Of a stretch of DNA of 64,000 nt, positions 52,170 to 64,000 are shown one piece after another (the first letter of the stretch is position 1; each line of letters starts with the position of its first letter). A program made the translations under genes and the position numbers. The stretch lies in contig NC_087437.1 in the NCBI RefSeq assembly GCF_036321535.1, positions 8,060,001 through 8,124,000 on the forward strand. The letters run 5' to 3'. This stretch comes from Camelus dromedarius. Taxonomy: Eukaryota. Under the pieces are notes generated by a model. That model had not been told where the DNA came from. It did no database searches and saw nothing but the letters and a program-made list of their open reading frames with translations.

Positions 52170-52264
52170 TCATTTTAAAGATGTTTCTCATGGAGGTACT
52201 GGGGATTGAACCCAGGACCTCGTGCATGCTAAGCACATGCTCTACCAGTGAGCTATACCCTCCC
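52170..52264 (-). mobile_element. Vic-1-type SINE in EFHB intron
   Basis: atggaggtactggggattgaacccaggacctcgtgcatgctaagcacatgctctaccagtgagctataccctccc. Confidence 0.9.
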
Positions 52265-55200
52265 TTTAATGCTTTTTTCTTTAAATCATGCATGTTTACA
52301 CTGCAGTAGAACGGGCATCACCATAATTCACGCTTGACATTTCATTTGACCAACATTGTGTACTTTTGACAGCTCTCTCCAAAGTTTTTAACACTTCTGG
52401 TGTTCCAACTGGGCAGTAAATGTCCCCTACTCCCTTGCCTGGTGAAGAGGAGAAACTGGGCAAGTGGTTGCAGGCCAAAGACAGGTGAATTCAAGGACAG
52501 CTGCCTCTGGCTGTGAACACTCCTGTAGGCAAGAGGATTCGTTCACTAAGATTCATCCTGGTAGTAAGAGAAGGAAGGGAAGTTTCCACCCCTTTCAGAC
52601 AACAGGAGGGAAATTTAGGAAGGCTCTGGGCAGAACCTGGCAGATTCACTCGGGCTTTGAGGGGGTGGAAGGCGTGATGCTTGTTAAGGAAGAATGGCTG
52701 GAGCTGGACGTCTCACCACTCGGCCCTGCCGCAGTCTGTCAGGCCAGCCTGAAATCCATCGGTGATGACAGTGAAAGGCCTGAGTGGGTCCCTGCTGCTA
52801 GAAGAGAGCTTCGGCCTCCCAGAGAGACTTCCCCGAGACAGATAAACTCCCAAGGGAAGGCATTAAAGACTCATCATCTAGGAGTCAGCTCCTGCGCCCA
52901 GGCCTGGCTTCACAGTGCTGTTGAAGGTCATCTCCTGGAGAGTGAAAAACTGAGCTGGTGAGCTCTGGGTAGGTTCCTGCAGTCAGACCCATAGGCCTGG
53001 GGAACGTCCCTAACCCTTCTGTTGAAACAGAACGAGAATTTGAAATATGTTATCTTGACAGGGAGCTGCACATGCCCTGGATTCAGGTAGACTGACTCGT
53101 TGATGAACGTCTCTGCTCGCAAGCCCAACTCCACCAAAAATGCAGCCTCCCTGCACCTCAGTCAGAAGCCGTGTGGGATGTGGCTGCTGAATCAAGGGTC
53201 CTCAAAACTGAAATACGTGGTGGCAGTGATGACTCTGCTGCCCATGGGCCTTGTGTGGATCGAAAGCATGAGTGACTTATTTCAGTGAGCTGCATGCCAC
53301 CCCCATACTGCTCAAAACCCAAAGTAAATGTTTCTTAATGACTTAAGGAAATACCAGCCATCACTGTTTTGCCCATTTTTCGTTACGTGTGCACATTTTG
53401 AAATCTTTTAATGGCAGTAAAGTTACATGTCACTAACATCTTAACTCCAAACATTTGATCTGCAGTGTGTGCGTCAGCAGCTCTCACCACACAATTATTA
53501 AGATGTATTTTTCTTCTTAGGAACCAGCAACTTATGTTTTGTGTTTATTTTTCTGAAGTAAGAACTACTTCTTCTCTGGTAACTGGCTCATTTATCACTT
53601 TTCAAAAACTAAAAGGTGGGGGAGGAAATGCGATGGATTTTTAAAAATTATTTTTTAATGAGTGAGAAGCATTTACCACTCCCGGCCTCCGCACCCTTGA
53701 TTTTTCCCTCCCCCAGCCCCACCCTCAGCTGTTCTAAGGAGGATGATAACTGATATGGGACACTGTCTCCCTGTCCCCAAGGGGATCAAAGGCCACAAGT
53801 ATCTGTCCAAGAATGCTGTGGAGCTTCAGGGGGTGGAGACCCAAACTGCTTCAGCTTTGCTGGATATGGGTACCAAAGTCATCATCCTGCTCAGTCTGTA
53901 GGGAGAAGAGATGCCAGGATTCAGTTACGGGGGTCTGGGCAGGGTCGGTTCAAAGTGGGGAAGGAACACTAACAATGTATTACTTCTGTGGCTTCCACTG
54001 CTGGATGTCTAATTGGTACTAATGCTCTCTGTACCTGTATTGGGAGTGTTCAGACACTTATGCCTAAGAGAAGCCGCACGTGGAGAATGCTAGTAACCTG
54101 GGGGCCCCTCTTTGAGCTACAAGTCTCTACGAATAAAGATTTCACCACGCAGAGCCTCTGGGCCCGGTTCATTGACCTGAAACCCAGTGGTGCTCACTGA
54201 TCTGCTGTGGCTTCCAACCTCAGTGAGGGCTGTGAAGGACCAAACATGGGCATAGTCACTCTACTCCGTGGGCAGAACTCAAGGTTATTCTCACAGCTTT
54301 GGCCAATACTTTCCTGGATGAATCTGTTACATTTTTACTGACTTTTGGACTGTGGCCAATGGCCTGCCCATTTGGTTGCCACTTGGAAAACTAGAAACTG
54401 GAATATTCAAGACACCTCTTTTTGAGACTGAAAGCTAGGGAAACAAATCATGGCTGCTAATTGAACCATCCAGGTGATTCACAGATGCCCAGGATAAGGG
54501 CTCACCCTCTGGTGCTGATGACGAGAGTCAAGCTTCAGGCTGAGCCTGAACCACTGATGGCCACCATCACTGCCTGGATCCACGGCGGCACCGGACACGG
54601 CAATACACCCACCGTCTGACCGGGCGCAGCGTGAAGTGGTCCACTTTTCTGAGGCACGGGCTACCACCACATGCCAAACTTGTGACTCCTGCCACAAGCT
54701 GACTCATCTTCCTCATGGTCAGGGAGGACACTTCACACACAAGGCATCACATGCTCCTGGCACTCGGACTCCGTGGAACCTTTGTCCCCTCTCAGAACTG
54801 CTGGTGGTGCATCCCAGTGTTGACACACTTTCAGGTGATGGAATTGCTCTTCCAGTCCAATCAGTCACAAGAGTATATGGCCTGTGAAATGAATCCGAGT
54901 CATGTGTTTTGCTTTCCGGACCGTTTTCAGTCTGACAGCGCCCGGTAGCACAGAGGTTCCCCTACAGTGAGCTGTTAGTCAGAGTATTCAGTGCAGCTCT
55001 CCTGCTCCCAACCGTCCAGCGCCATCTGGTATTACTGAGCTTTGGAAGAGCCTTCTCAAAAACTGCCTGCCTTCCTCACCAAGCCCCTGGCTCACGTGTC
55101 ATTGTCAGCCAGTTCTGTCGTTGATTGCAGCTGTCCCCAAAAAGGAACCATCGCCTCTCAGCTACTTCCTGGATAATTAGAATAAAAGGAGCTGGAATTA

Positions 55201-57039
55201 TATATACCTATTTTAAAAACTTGAGACTCTGCTGTGACCATTCTTGGACATGATGAGTCTTTTTTGTTTTTCCTCCCCTCTAGATTTTAAGTCCCCTACG
55301 TGGAAAGCCGACACATTGTCTGGAATAATGTTCAATGTATTATGAGTGTTCAGCAAATAACAGAATTAATCCTCTAAGCCAAGAAGATTCATTTAGGAAA
55401 CCACAGTTTATTTGTTCTGCTTTGTTTTGCTTTTCAATTAAATTAAATCTGGGCATTCAACAATGTAAGATTCAAATCATCAAAAACCCTCCTACAGCTG
55501 TACTAGGAAGGCCCACGTCTTATTACCCTCTCAGAGAAAAACCTCCTCAAAGACACCGAGCACTACATTGTGCATATTAAAAGTTAACTGTTTAAGAGGT
55601 TTATCAGCATTAAATAATTCTCTGTAATTTCCTCCCTGCTTAATTTAATTTTATCGTAAGGAACGTGCCTGGTGGTTCACTAAGATAATCAACAGCTGTT
55701 AAGATGATCGTCTTGCCTTTAATTACATTTAAAATGAAGAATTTTTAAAAAGCAGAGCTCCATGCATCGTGCTGGGTTCTCTGTGTCAGTTTCCCTGATG
55801 TCATCTTTGTAGCTACTTGGATCTGAGCAAAGTTTAAAATGTATGTTTTAGCTTATGTATTTCAATTCTGAAGAGTAACTTTAAAATTACCTGTAAATAG
55901 CAATCAGTCTCTATTAAAAACCAGAGAAACAGTCAAATACTTACATTTTCTTTAAACACAGCTTTGTGAGAAATGTCATCGATGACTGATTGGCGTTTGT
56001 CCCTACATAATTAGTCCCAACTTAAACGGGATATTTAACCCACTTTTTGTTCATCATTACAACACAGGCACACAGGCCCTAATCTAAAACCAAGTAAAAT
56101 GAGTGGGCTTAAAATGAGTTAGCCAATGAGTGATCAAGATTTTTTTTGATAAGATAAAAAATGTGAAGTGTAACTTTTCTAAAACTGTACTTAACATTAG
56201 AATGGGTTAAGAATATTATATTTTCCTTTGGAGATAAACTAAAATTATCCTGCTCTTTTTTTTTTTTTTCTTCTCATATCAAGATTATGATGGACTACAT
56301 CCTCACCAGTTTATTTACAAGCTTTTATTTGTTTATATCAGACTCATTCTAAAGTGGTTTTAAGGCCACTTAGAAAAATAAGTACAAGTAGACGCAAAAA
56401 AAAAAAAAGTGAGGAAATCAGGGTAAAGAGAAAACAAAGTTGGAATAAAATAAGATGAAACCTGAAATAAAAAGAGCGCACAAAACATGCTATAAGATCA
56501 TGTTCACAAACTAGATGTGTTTCTCCAAATTGGCTCTAAGCTTCCTGGCAGCCAAGTCAAAACATGTGCACAATCTGTGCAAAATTCATGCTTTTCATGA
56601 GGTAAAGACAACCTAGATACTTAGATGAAGCACAGTTATTTCCTTTAGAAGGACTGGGTTTCCTTAGAAAGAGGATGACAAAAGTAAACAAAAGCTGCAT
56701 GGGTGTACTAATAAAAAACATGCCGCGTTTCACCAGCAGTTTGTATTGTAGCATTCGTTGGTGTAAGCTAAGGCTGTGCCGCTGGGTAAAAGGAACCCTT
56801 GGATGGCCTAAAATGATGCAGCCCAAGGTTGATCTAACTTGCTCAAAGAATAAAATTTAGAGTGGCTTTAAAACTGAACGATCATGCTCTCTCAAAACTG
56901 AAGTATACACCTGCTCCCCCGGGGAGAGCATTGTAGGCTTGACTTAGATCAGACTGACGGCACTCTGTGTACAGACTCAGAGTTAGGTGTAGGTCATCCA
57001 TCCCCCAGGCTCCCAGCACACGACAGTCACTGGTCTACA

Positions 57040-57648
57040 ACAGTGGTTCTCAGACTTGAACGTGCGTCAGAATCACTGAAGGGCTTGTTAAAACACAATT
57101 GCTAGACTCACAGATACAAAGAACAAACTAGTGGGGAGAGGGGAGGGGCAGTAGAGCGGTGAGGGAGTGGGAGGTACAATCTACTGGGTGTAAGACAGGC
57201 TCAGGGTGGTGTCGTACAGCAGAGAGGAATATAGCCAATATTTTGGAATAACTGTAAATGAAAAATAACCTTTAAAATTGTATGAAAATTTTAAAAATGT
57301 GTTTCTTTTTTTTTCCTTTTAAATTTTTTATTGAAGTATAGTCAGTTTACAATATTGTGTCAATTTCTGGTGTGCAGCATCATGTTTCAGTCATCCATAT
57401 ACATACATATATTCCTTTTCATATTATTTTTCAGTATAGGTTAGTACAAGATATTGAATATAGTTCTCTGTGCTGTACAGTAGAAACTTGTTGTTTAAAA
57501 ATAAATTTAAAAAAAAAAAATCCACAATTGTGAGACCCCCAACCCGAGCCCCTAATTCAGTAGGTCTGGGGTGGGCCTTAGAAGGTGCATTTCTAGTATG
57601 TTCCCAGGTGATACTGATGGTGGTGAAAGAACCAGTTTGACAGCACTG
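57040..57648. mobile_element. MER5A-like MITE interrupted by two nested L1 3' tails (+ ~57104-57300, - ~57305-57496)
   Basis: MER5 left arm cagtggttctcagacttg..., right arm ttcagtaggtctggggtgggcc...cagcactg; cacaattg duplicated at 57094 and 57523. Confidence 0.82.
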
Positions 57649-57901
57649 ATCTACTCAGGGGTCAGCAGATGTTTCCATCAAGGGCCAACACCTAAGCAGC
57701 ATAGGTGCTACAGGCCATTCATTCTCACTGCTCTGCGTGTGGATAGACACATGCTACAGGCAATACTTAGAACAAATGGGCATGTGCAACTATTGACAAA
57801 AACAGGTGGTGGACTGGATTTGTCCCGTAATCGGCTGACTCCTGATCCACACCAGCCTGTAAGCCCACGCACAGACCAAACACCTCCGCTTTGCTACTCA
57901 C

Positions 57902-58056
57902 CTTGTCGTAGTGCCTGAAGGCTGCCAGCAAAGTGTCAAAGTTTTGGTAGTTAACCTTCTTGAAGTGATGTCTCACTGCCGCGACCAGGGCTCGCTGTCT
58001 GTCCTTGCCTCGGAGATACTCACCGGGAAGTCTTCTGTGGATGAGATCACCGGCTC
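57902..58056 (-). CDS. EFHB: EFHB internal coding exon (155 nt): [52 protein letters not shown]
   Basis: caatag|GA GCC...GAC AAG|gtgagt. Overlaps ORF 57767..57976; encodes the entering helix of EF-hand 1. Confidence 0.96.
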
Positions 58057-58758
58057 CTATTGAGGGGGGGTGAGGAACAGTCTTTTATCTGAATTTAAAG
58101 TCTGTCACTATTCCCATCCTGAGAGAGACAGAGAGAGATCTAGCAACTTCTGTGAATGAAAAAAAAATCCTAACTCCAATACTATACATGGCATGACAGA
58201 AAATCCTTTTGTATACAAATATATATATACAAATTGATTGATAAAAATGAATTTTTCTGCTTTATGTTACCTCTGTGCTCAATGAAAAAATGAATTTTAT
58301 GGGGGAATCATCAGCCTGCTCAGCTGTCAAGTCCTTTCCTGAGACAGCGAAGCCCTTGCCTGTCTGCCTTTTAGCTGAAATTTGTCTACAAGGCTGAGGG
58401 TCTGAAAACTGGGGCTGATTCCATGTGAGAGCCACTCTGTGTGCCTCAGGGTTGACTAAACCTTTGGGGAACCTTGTAAAAAACTGGACACAAATTCCCT
58501 GTCCCTCGCTAACATTTCTAGTCTGCTTGCAGTCTGCATATTCCAGTCCCCATTTCTCCTCCTCCTTCCCCTGTCCCATCACCAGCCCAGGAGACCTGCC
58601 TCCATCCACTACGTCAGCTGAGTCCTGACACGCAACCCCCTACAACGACCTCTCCAGTCCCCGTGCTACAGCCCCCAGGCCTGGCCCTCGCTTTCACTTT
58701 TCTTTCATGACTTAAAGGAACTTCCCTAAATTAGGACACACAGAAAGTACGTACACGT

Positions 58759-58771
58759 ACACACACACACA

Positions 58772-58817
<46 letters not shown>

Positions 58818-58819
58818 AC
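58759..58819. repeat. (CA)n microsatellite, slightly interrupted
   Basis: About 30 CA units. Confidence 0.95.
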
Positions 58820-59111
58820 TGCTTATAAACCCCATTCCTGGGATGTTAATGGTGACAGACCAGAGTTGACTAGGCTGCTTCAGATGTGGTAGCCTGGTAG
58901 ATGTCACCAGAAGAAACCTTCTGCCTCTGTTCTTTTTGCCCTGGGCTATACCCCTCCCTTCCTGCTTTCCTGGAGCAGGGTCATGCTGGCAGTTGGCTGT
59001 GATGTTTCAGATAGATTAATTTACATTGCAACGTTGGTTGTAATTCAAGATAACTAATATTTACACCTAATCTGTACAAGGTCCTACATTAGGCTCTGTC
59101 AAGGTTCTCTC

Positions 59112-59403
59112 TTTGTTTTTTTTTTAATTGGTGTATAGTTGGTTTACAATGTTGTGTTAATTTCTGGTGTACAGCACGGTGATTCAGTTATATATTTTAT
59201 ATAAATGTATATATATTCCTTTTCGTATTTTTTTCATTATAGGCTATTACAAGATATTGAATATAGTTCCCTGTGCTCTACAGTAGGACCTTGTTGGTTA
59301 TCTGTTTTATATATACTAGTGTGTATCTGCAAATCCCCAACTCCCAATTTATCCCTCCGCCCACTCCTCTTCCCCCCTGGCAACCATAGGTTTGTTTTCT
59401 ATG
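59112..59403 (-). mobile_element. 5'-truncated L1 3' end
   Basis: Poly-T, ggtgtatagttggtttacaatgttgtgttaatttctggtgtacagc...; aaggttctct and aagggtctct flanks. Confidence 0.88.
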
Positions 59404-61407
59404 AAGGGTCTCTTTAATAAGTCCTCGTAGCACCTCTAAGTTTATTATAAAATCAGGAGCTAATCCTGCACATCCTGATAAAAGTCTCCTTTCTAAGGGT
59501 AGACCCTGAGGCTGGGTGAAAAGTCCACAGCCAGTGGTGCTTCCAGGAACGGGGAAAGTGCCTCAGAACAAGATCATGTGAGATGAGGTCATCTACCATC
59601 AGACCATCCTAAAGCGAGTTCTGCGAGAGGAGGTCAAAATGGTGAGGGGTGAGTTTTTGTTTTTTTTTTTAATCTGCGTGCTATTTTATTTCCATTAGAA
59701 AAATACTATCTATATAAAATTTTGGTCCAGTAGGGGTGATTTTTGAAAACTAAGTGTGATTTCCTTTTCTCCTCCACATCCCTTCCCTGCATAAACCCTT
59801 TAGGGGCTGCTCTGTATAAGGGAGGCCCTGCCTCCACCACAGGATGGCTCTTGGTTGAGTTTTTTATCTTGAGAGATCTTCCCTCTCCATTAACATACAA
59901 AAATAACCATTTGAATGGTTATATCTCCAAGTCCCTGCTGGTTTTCCCACCACACATATAACTGCCCAGTGGGTGAGACAGACATACGCTGACACCTTCT
60001 TCTGGCCTCGCCCCTGAAAAGAATATTTGTGAAGCTCATGTCAAATCACTGACAGTTACTCAAAAGCCAGCTCTACAGAGTAAAATCAGGAGTACAAGCT
60101 CTGGCCCTAAGAGACAGACCCATGACTTCACTACCACAGCAGGGACATCAGAAAAGCCACTCTACCTGCTGCCAGTTCCCATGATGCACCACTGCCCACC
60201 TGTCCTGGATTCCCTGTCAGGCCGCCTCTGCCCTGGTGCATTCTGGGAGCTGGCACAGCCCTTACACTCTTCCTAGAGGAATCTCAACATAACCAACAAC
60301 CCCAGGGCCCCGGGATGAGGTGTTCTTTGTGCAGCTGCCTTATTTCCCTAAGTAAGGGTAATGGAGTAATCTAGGTCCAGTAAAGAAACCAATATGTCCT
60401 GTGAAGCAGGCCAACCCTGAATCTTTCCACGGAATATATGCTGTTAGTTAACCCCAATAGTTATCACAGAAGGCAACTAGAGTTCATCTGTGTCCATCCA
60501 TGGGCTCCAGAAAAGACCTAGAGAGGACTTCCAGGCCCCTTTCACAGTTACACTGTACAGTACCAAGGCTGATACTGATCATATTTTTTAAACTATTAAT
60601 GTCAGTGTCCTTCCTTTTCATTTTATAACACTATCTTATCATTCAATTTATAAAGATAAAATAGCTCAACTCTTAGGAAATTTGTCAATGTTGTCTAATT
60701 GTCAACATGATAAACTATGTGTTGGATTCAGCAATTCATGCTATAAATACCAGTGAAAACAATGTCCTGTGTGCTAGACCCCAGGAATCCAACAGACAGC
60801 AAGATGGGTCCCCCACCAGCCTAAACCTGCCCTCAACTAGGCAGCTGACTTAGACTACCTACTTGTTTTTCAGGCTAACTGATGGGTTTCCTAAATCATC
60901 CTTTACCTACCCCTAGGTGTATGAAGAGCCTCTCAGATGGGCGGGCATCCATTAAACATACAACAGTTTGTCTAAAAACAGAACCAAAATACGATCTCCT
61001 AATGTGGTGATTCACAGTGCTCTAAAACACTGAGTTGCATAAGCTCGATAAACCTTTAATTTGTCAGGGAGTGGACTTTAGCTGACACATTTTCAATAGT
61101 GGTCCTTAAACTAGTGTACATGAGAGCCTACTGAATCAGAATATCTGGACACGAGTCCCAGGAACCTGCGTATTTAATAAATTCCCTGGATGATTTTAAC
61201 ACAGGTAGACTGCAGACAGTATTTTGACAACCACTAATATGCAATCCAATCCTGATAAGCTTTGGCATAGTTTTCCCTTTGAAGGGCTGCTGTGTGGCTT
61301 AGCACTAAAGACAAAATCCTGGGAAGTTTCTTTTGCCGATTTGTAGATTGATTAATTGATGGAATGATGGGTGGTAAGAGTGATTTATAATTACGTGATC
61401 ATAGAGT

Positions 61408-61580
61408 ACAGTGCTTTCTCGACTTTGAACATCCGTCCAGTTCATCCGGGAATGTTGTTAAAACGCAGTTTCAGATTCAGTAGATCTGGGGTGGAGCCTG
61501 AGATTCTGCACTTCCAAGAACTTGCAGGAGATGCCAACATGGCCAGTCTGCAACCACATTTTGAGTCACAAGGGCCTGGT
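61408..61580. mobile_element. MER5A-like MITE (second relic at ~61075-61240)
   Basis: cagtgctttctcgacttt...gattcagtagatctggggtggagcctgagattctgcacttc...ccacattttgagt. Confidence 0.75.
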
Positions 61581-61887
61581 ACGATATTTGAATTCATTAA
61601 AAAGCTGCCTCACTTCACTTTGGCTTGTTTAATACCCACTATATTTTCTAAATAAATTCTGAGCCTTAACTACGCATAAGGAATTCATTACAAGGGCTTT
61701 AAACTGTACCTATCTCAAATGTAATGTGAACATTTTGTTTCCTTCTTGTGCTACAAATTGTTCTCAATACAATTAACGTAATATTTTAAGCCTTTAAAAC
61801 TGGAAACTTTGAGAGGAGGAGATGGTGAACTCTGGGGGGATTTTGCTGTCGTCATTTGTTTTTTAAGAAGGAAGTTTGTACACTTAC

Positions 61888-61955
61888 CATACTCGTCCGG
61901 ATGGAGACAAGCCCCAAATGTGTGGTCTGGGGGAACGTTCATTGTTTCTGCAATG
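61888..61955 (-). CDS. EFHB: EFHB internal coding exon (68 nt): IAETMNVPPDHTFGACLHPDEY
   Basis: gatag|C ATT GCA...TAT G|gtaagt. Contained in ORF 61751..62032; phases fit both neighbours. Confidence 0.95.
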
Positions 61956-62214
61956 CTATCAAAGAAAACAAATCCCTTAGTGAAAATACCCACCACATGG
62001 CATCCCTGGAATTTAAAATATGTTTGCCACATGTTTTTAATAGGCTAAGTTTTCTCCTATAACCAAACTATGAAGATCAAACAGAAGTTCTCCAACAGAG
62101 CTTTTGTCTAATCTTCCACTTGTATTAGCAATAGCTGAATGGTTTTACTGGCTTTCAGTAGCCCAGACTGAAAACGAAAAAATAGAACATACTCAAAGCA
62201 GAATTATGCGAGTG

Positions 62215-62245
<31 letters not shown>

Positions 62246-62524
62246 GAATGTAGCACAATAGGTTAAATTTCTGATAGCCCAGAAATAAAGCTTTCCACAA
62301 AATTCTTCCTCCCTCTTCTCCAAATGCCCTCTCCATCTGAGAGGACTCAGCACTTTCCTGGAACCCCAAGCTCTGTAGAAGCTAATCGAGTTCCCTGAGT
62401 GACACAAAAGGATGATTCTTATTGAGAAGGTAGAATCTAACAGAACACAAACCAAAATTCCACAAGAGTACTTTTTAAATTTGAGCCAAAAAAAGTATCA
62501 ATTCTAAGTTAATTGTCGACTTAC

Positions 62525-62608
62525 GGATCTAAAACTCTTCCAAGCTTATGTTGAAACTTTTCTTTGAAATCATCAACTTTCTTGGATACGATCTTAGCTC
62601 CTCTTTTC
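62525..62608 (-). CDS. EFHB: EFHB internal coding exon (84 nt, phase 2/2): KRGAKIVSKKVDDFKEKFQHKLGRVLDP
   Basis: Minus strand ttacag|G AAA AGA...GAT CC|gtaagt. Open frame, joins the next exon in frame, and matches recalled EFHB protein. Confidence 0.93.
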
Positions 62609-62727
62609 CTGTAAGATGAGAAAATTGTCAGGTATCTGTATTACCTAAAGTATTCTTGGCTACCTAATACACATATGTGAGGACTACCACCGTATCATTT
62701 GGGCCATCAAAAAATAATTCCAGTTTT

Positions 62728-62870
62728 GGGGGGAGGGTGTAGCTCAGGGGTAGAGTGCAGTGCTCAGTGTGCACAAGGTCCTGGGTTCAATCCCCAGTAT
62801 CCCCTTTAAAAAATAATAGTAACAAGAATAAATAAATGAACATAATTATCCCCCCAAAAAATAGTAATAG
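62728..62870 (+). mobile_element. Vic-1-type SINE with 12-bp target-site duplication
   Basis: A/B boxes; taattccagttt at 62715-62726 and 62871-62882. Confidence 0.9.
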
Positions 62871-63049
62871 TAATTCCAGTTTCAAAAGAAGCTATATGCT
62901 AAAAAGAAAGCTTTATGTGTTTAGTGTAAAGATAAGTTTATAATAGAGTGTAAAATTATGATTAAAGAATAAGACAAGCAGACAAAAATATTTTTGGGGA
63001 AATAAAACCGAAGTGTTAATATCATTCTTCTAAGTGTAACTCCTAAAAT

Positions 63050-63790
63050 TGCTAGAAGAAAAGTAAGCATCAAATAAATAACCAAAGGATATGAACAAAT
63101 AACTCACATCTAGTAAACAAATATATGGAGAAATTATAATACTTCTCAGTAATAAGAGAAACTTGAAATAAAAGAACACTTTTAAATGTAAAATAAAGTG
63201 CCACTTTTAACATAGTATGTAAGTAAAGAGAGGGAGAGAGACTAAGATTGGCAAAAAGTTTGGTAAAACACTTGTAGATTGCTAGTGCAATTGCTATAAT
63301 CCCTTTGGAAATAATTTGGTAATATGATTCAGTGAGGATAAAAATCTTCATCCTCTCTTATGTACATCTGGAAACCAATCATAAGGAGATAATCCACATA
63401 ATTAAAAGTGTGGAGAAGTTATATTCATAAAAATGCTTGTAGCCTCATTGACTATAATGGAAAAAAAAGCAAAGAATCTAAATGTTCAATCACGGAGGAT
63501 GATTAAATTACATCACATTAACAGGAATACACTTTTTGCATTTTAAATGTTGGTTATTAAGAATAACACAGCAATATAAAATTATTTTATGTCAAGTGGA
63601 AAAGCAGGATATAAAATGAGGTTGCACTCTGATTAAAGCTATGCAGAAATCTACACAGGAAGCCACACTAGAAAGAAATAGATTAAAAAGATAATAATGG
63701 TTGAATGCAGGTGACAGGATTATGGGTGATTTTATTTTGCCAATTTTCTGTAATATAATTTCATTACTTCTATCACTGTGATTAAATGAG
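63050..63790 (+). mobile_element. Ancient L1ME-like 3' fragment
   Basis: Decayed ORF2-end and 3'UTR motifs (ctttggaaataatttggtaata, ctaaatgttcaatca, ggattatgggtgattttattttg). Confidence 0.6.
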
Positions 63791-64000
63791 TGTAATTTCT
63801 TTTGAGAACTGTGGAATTATACCACCACTATTTAATAACATTAAAATTAATAAATTCTCTATTGTTTTGCTCAGACTAAAAACAATGAACATTAAATTCT
63901 TAAACTCCATTTGCTTTTAAAACTATTTCTTGTACTGTAGAATATGGAGCTGAATAAATTTCTGGAGAAGAGTGACACTCTGTGGAGAAACAAAAGATGA

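Noticed and set aside
52464..52961. 165-aa plus-strand ORF inside an EFHB intron
   Set aside because: Non-ATG start, no recognisable domain or exon signals; consistent with chance in moderately GC-rich DNA.
1..64000. CRISPR arrays, operons, defence systems or other prokaryote-type novel systems
   Set aside because: The sequence is mammalian intron/intergenic DNA; no regularly spaced repeat array or long intact ORF is present.

Overview
Mammalian genomic DNA, almost certainly camelid (alpaca/llama/camel), judged from nine copies of a tRNA-derived Vic-1-type SINE and cetartiodactyl-type L1 3' ends. The right third holds the last seven coding exons of EFHB (EF-hand domain family member B/CFAP21) on the minus strand, 62608 to 44793. 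All have GT-AG boundaries, consistent phases and an intact frame ending in TGA; the 5' exons lie beyond the window. Positions 1 to ~44 kb are downstream intergenic DNA dense in transposon relics (L1, SINE, MIR, MaLR/ERV LTRs, hAT-Charlie MITEs). Nearly all ORFs in the supplied track are spurious or L1 fragments. I found no convincing new biological system. The best leads are: (1) an inverted SINE pair tightly flanking a 603-nt phase-0 three-exon block of EFHB (circRNA/exon-skipping geometry); (2) divergent CTCF-like motifs bracketing the EFHB 3' end; (3) two twin-priming L1 inversions; (4) two L1 copies that keep the 5' end but lack the 3' end. Repeat subfamily names come from recalled consensus sequences and need Dfam/RepeatMasker confirmation; repeat boundaries are approximate.
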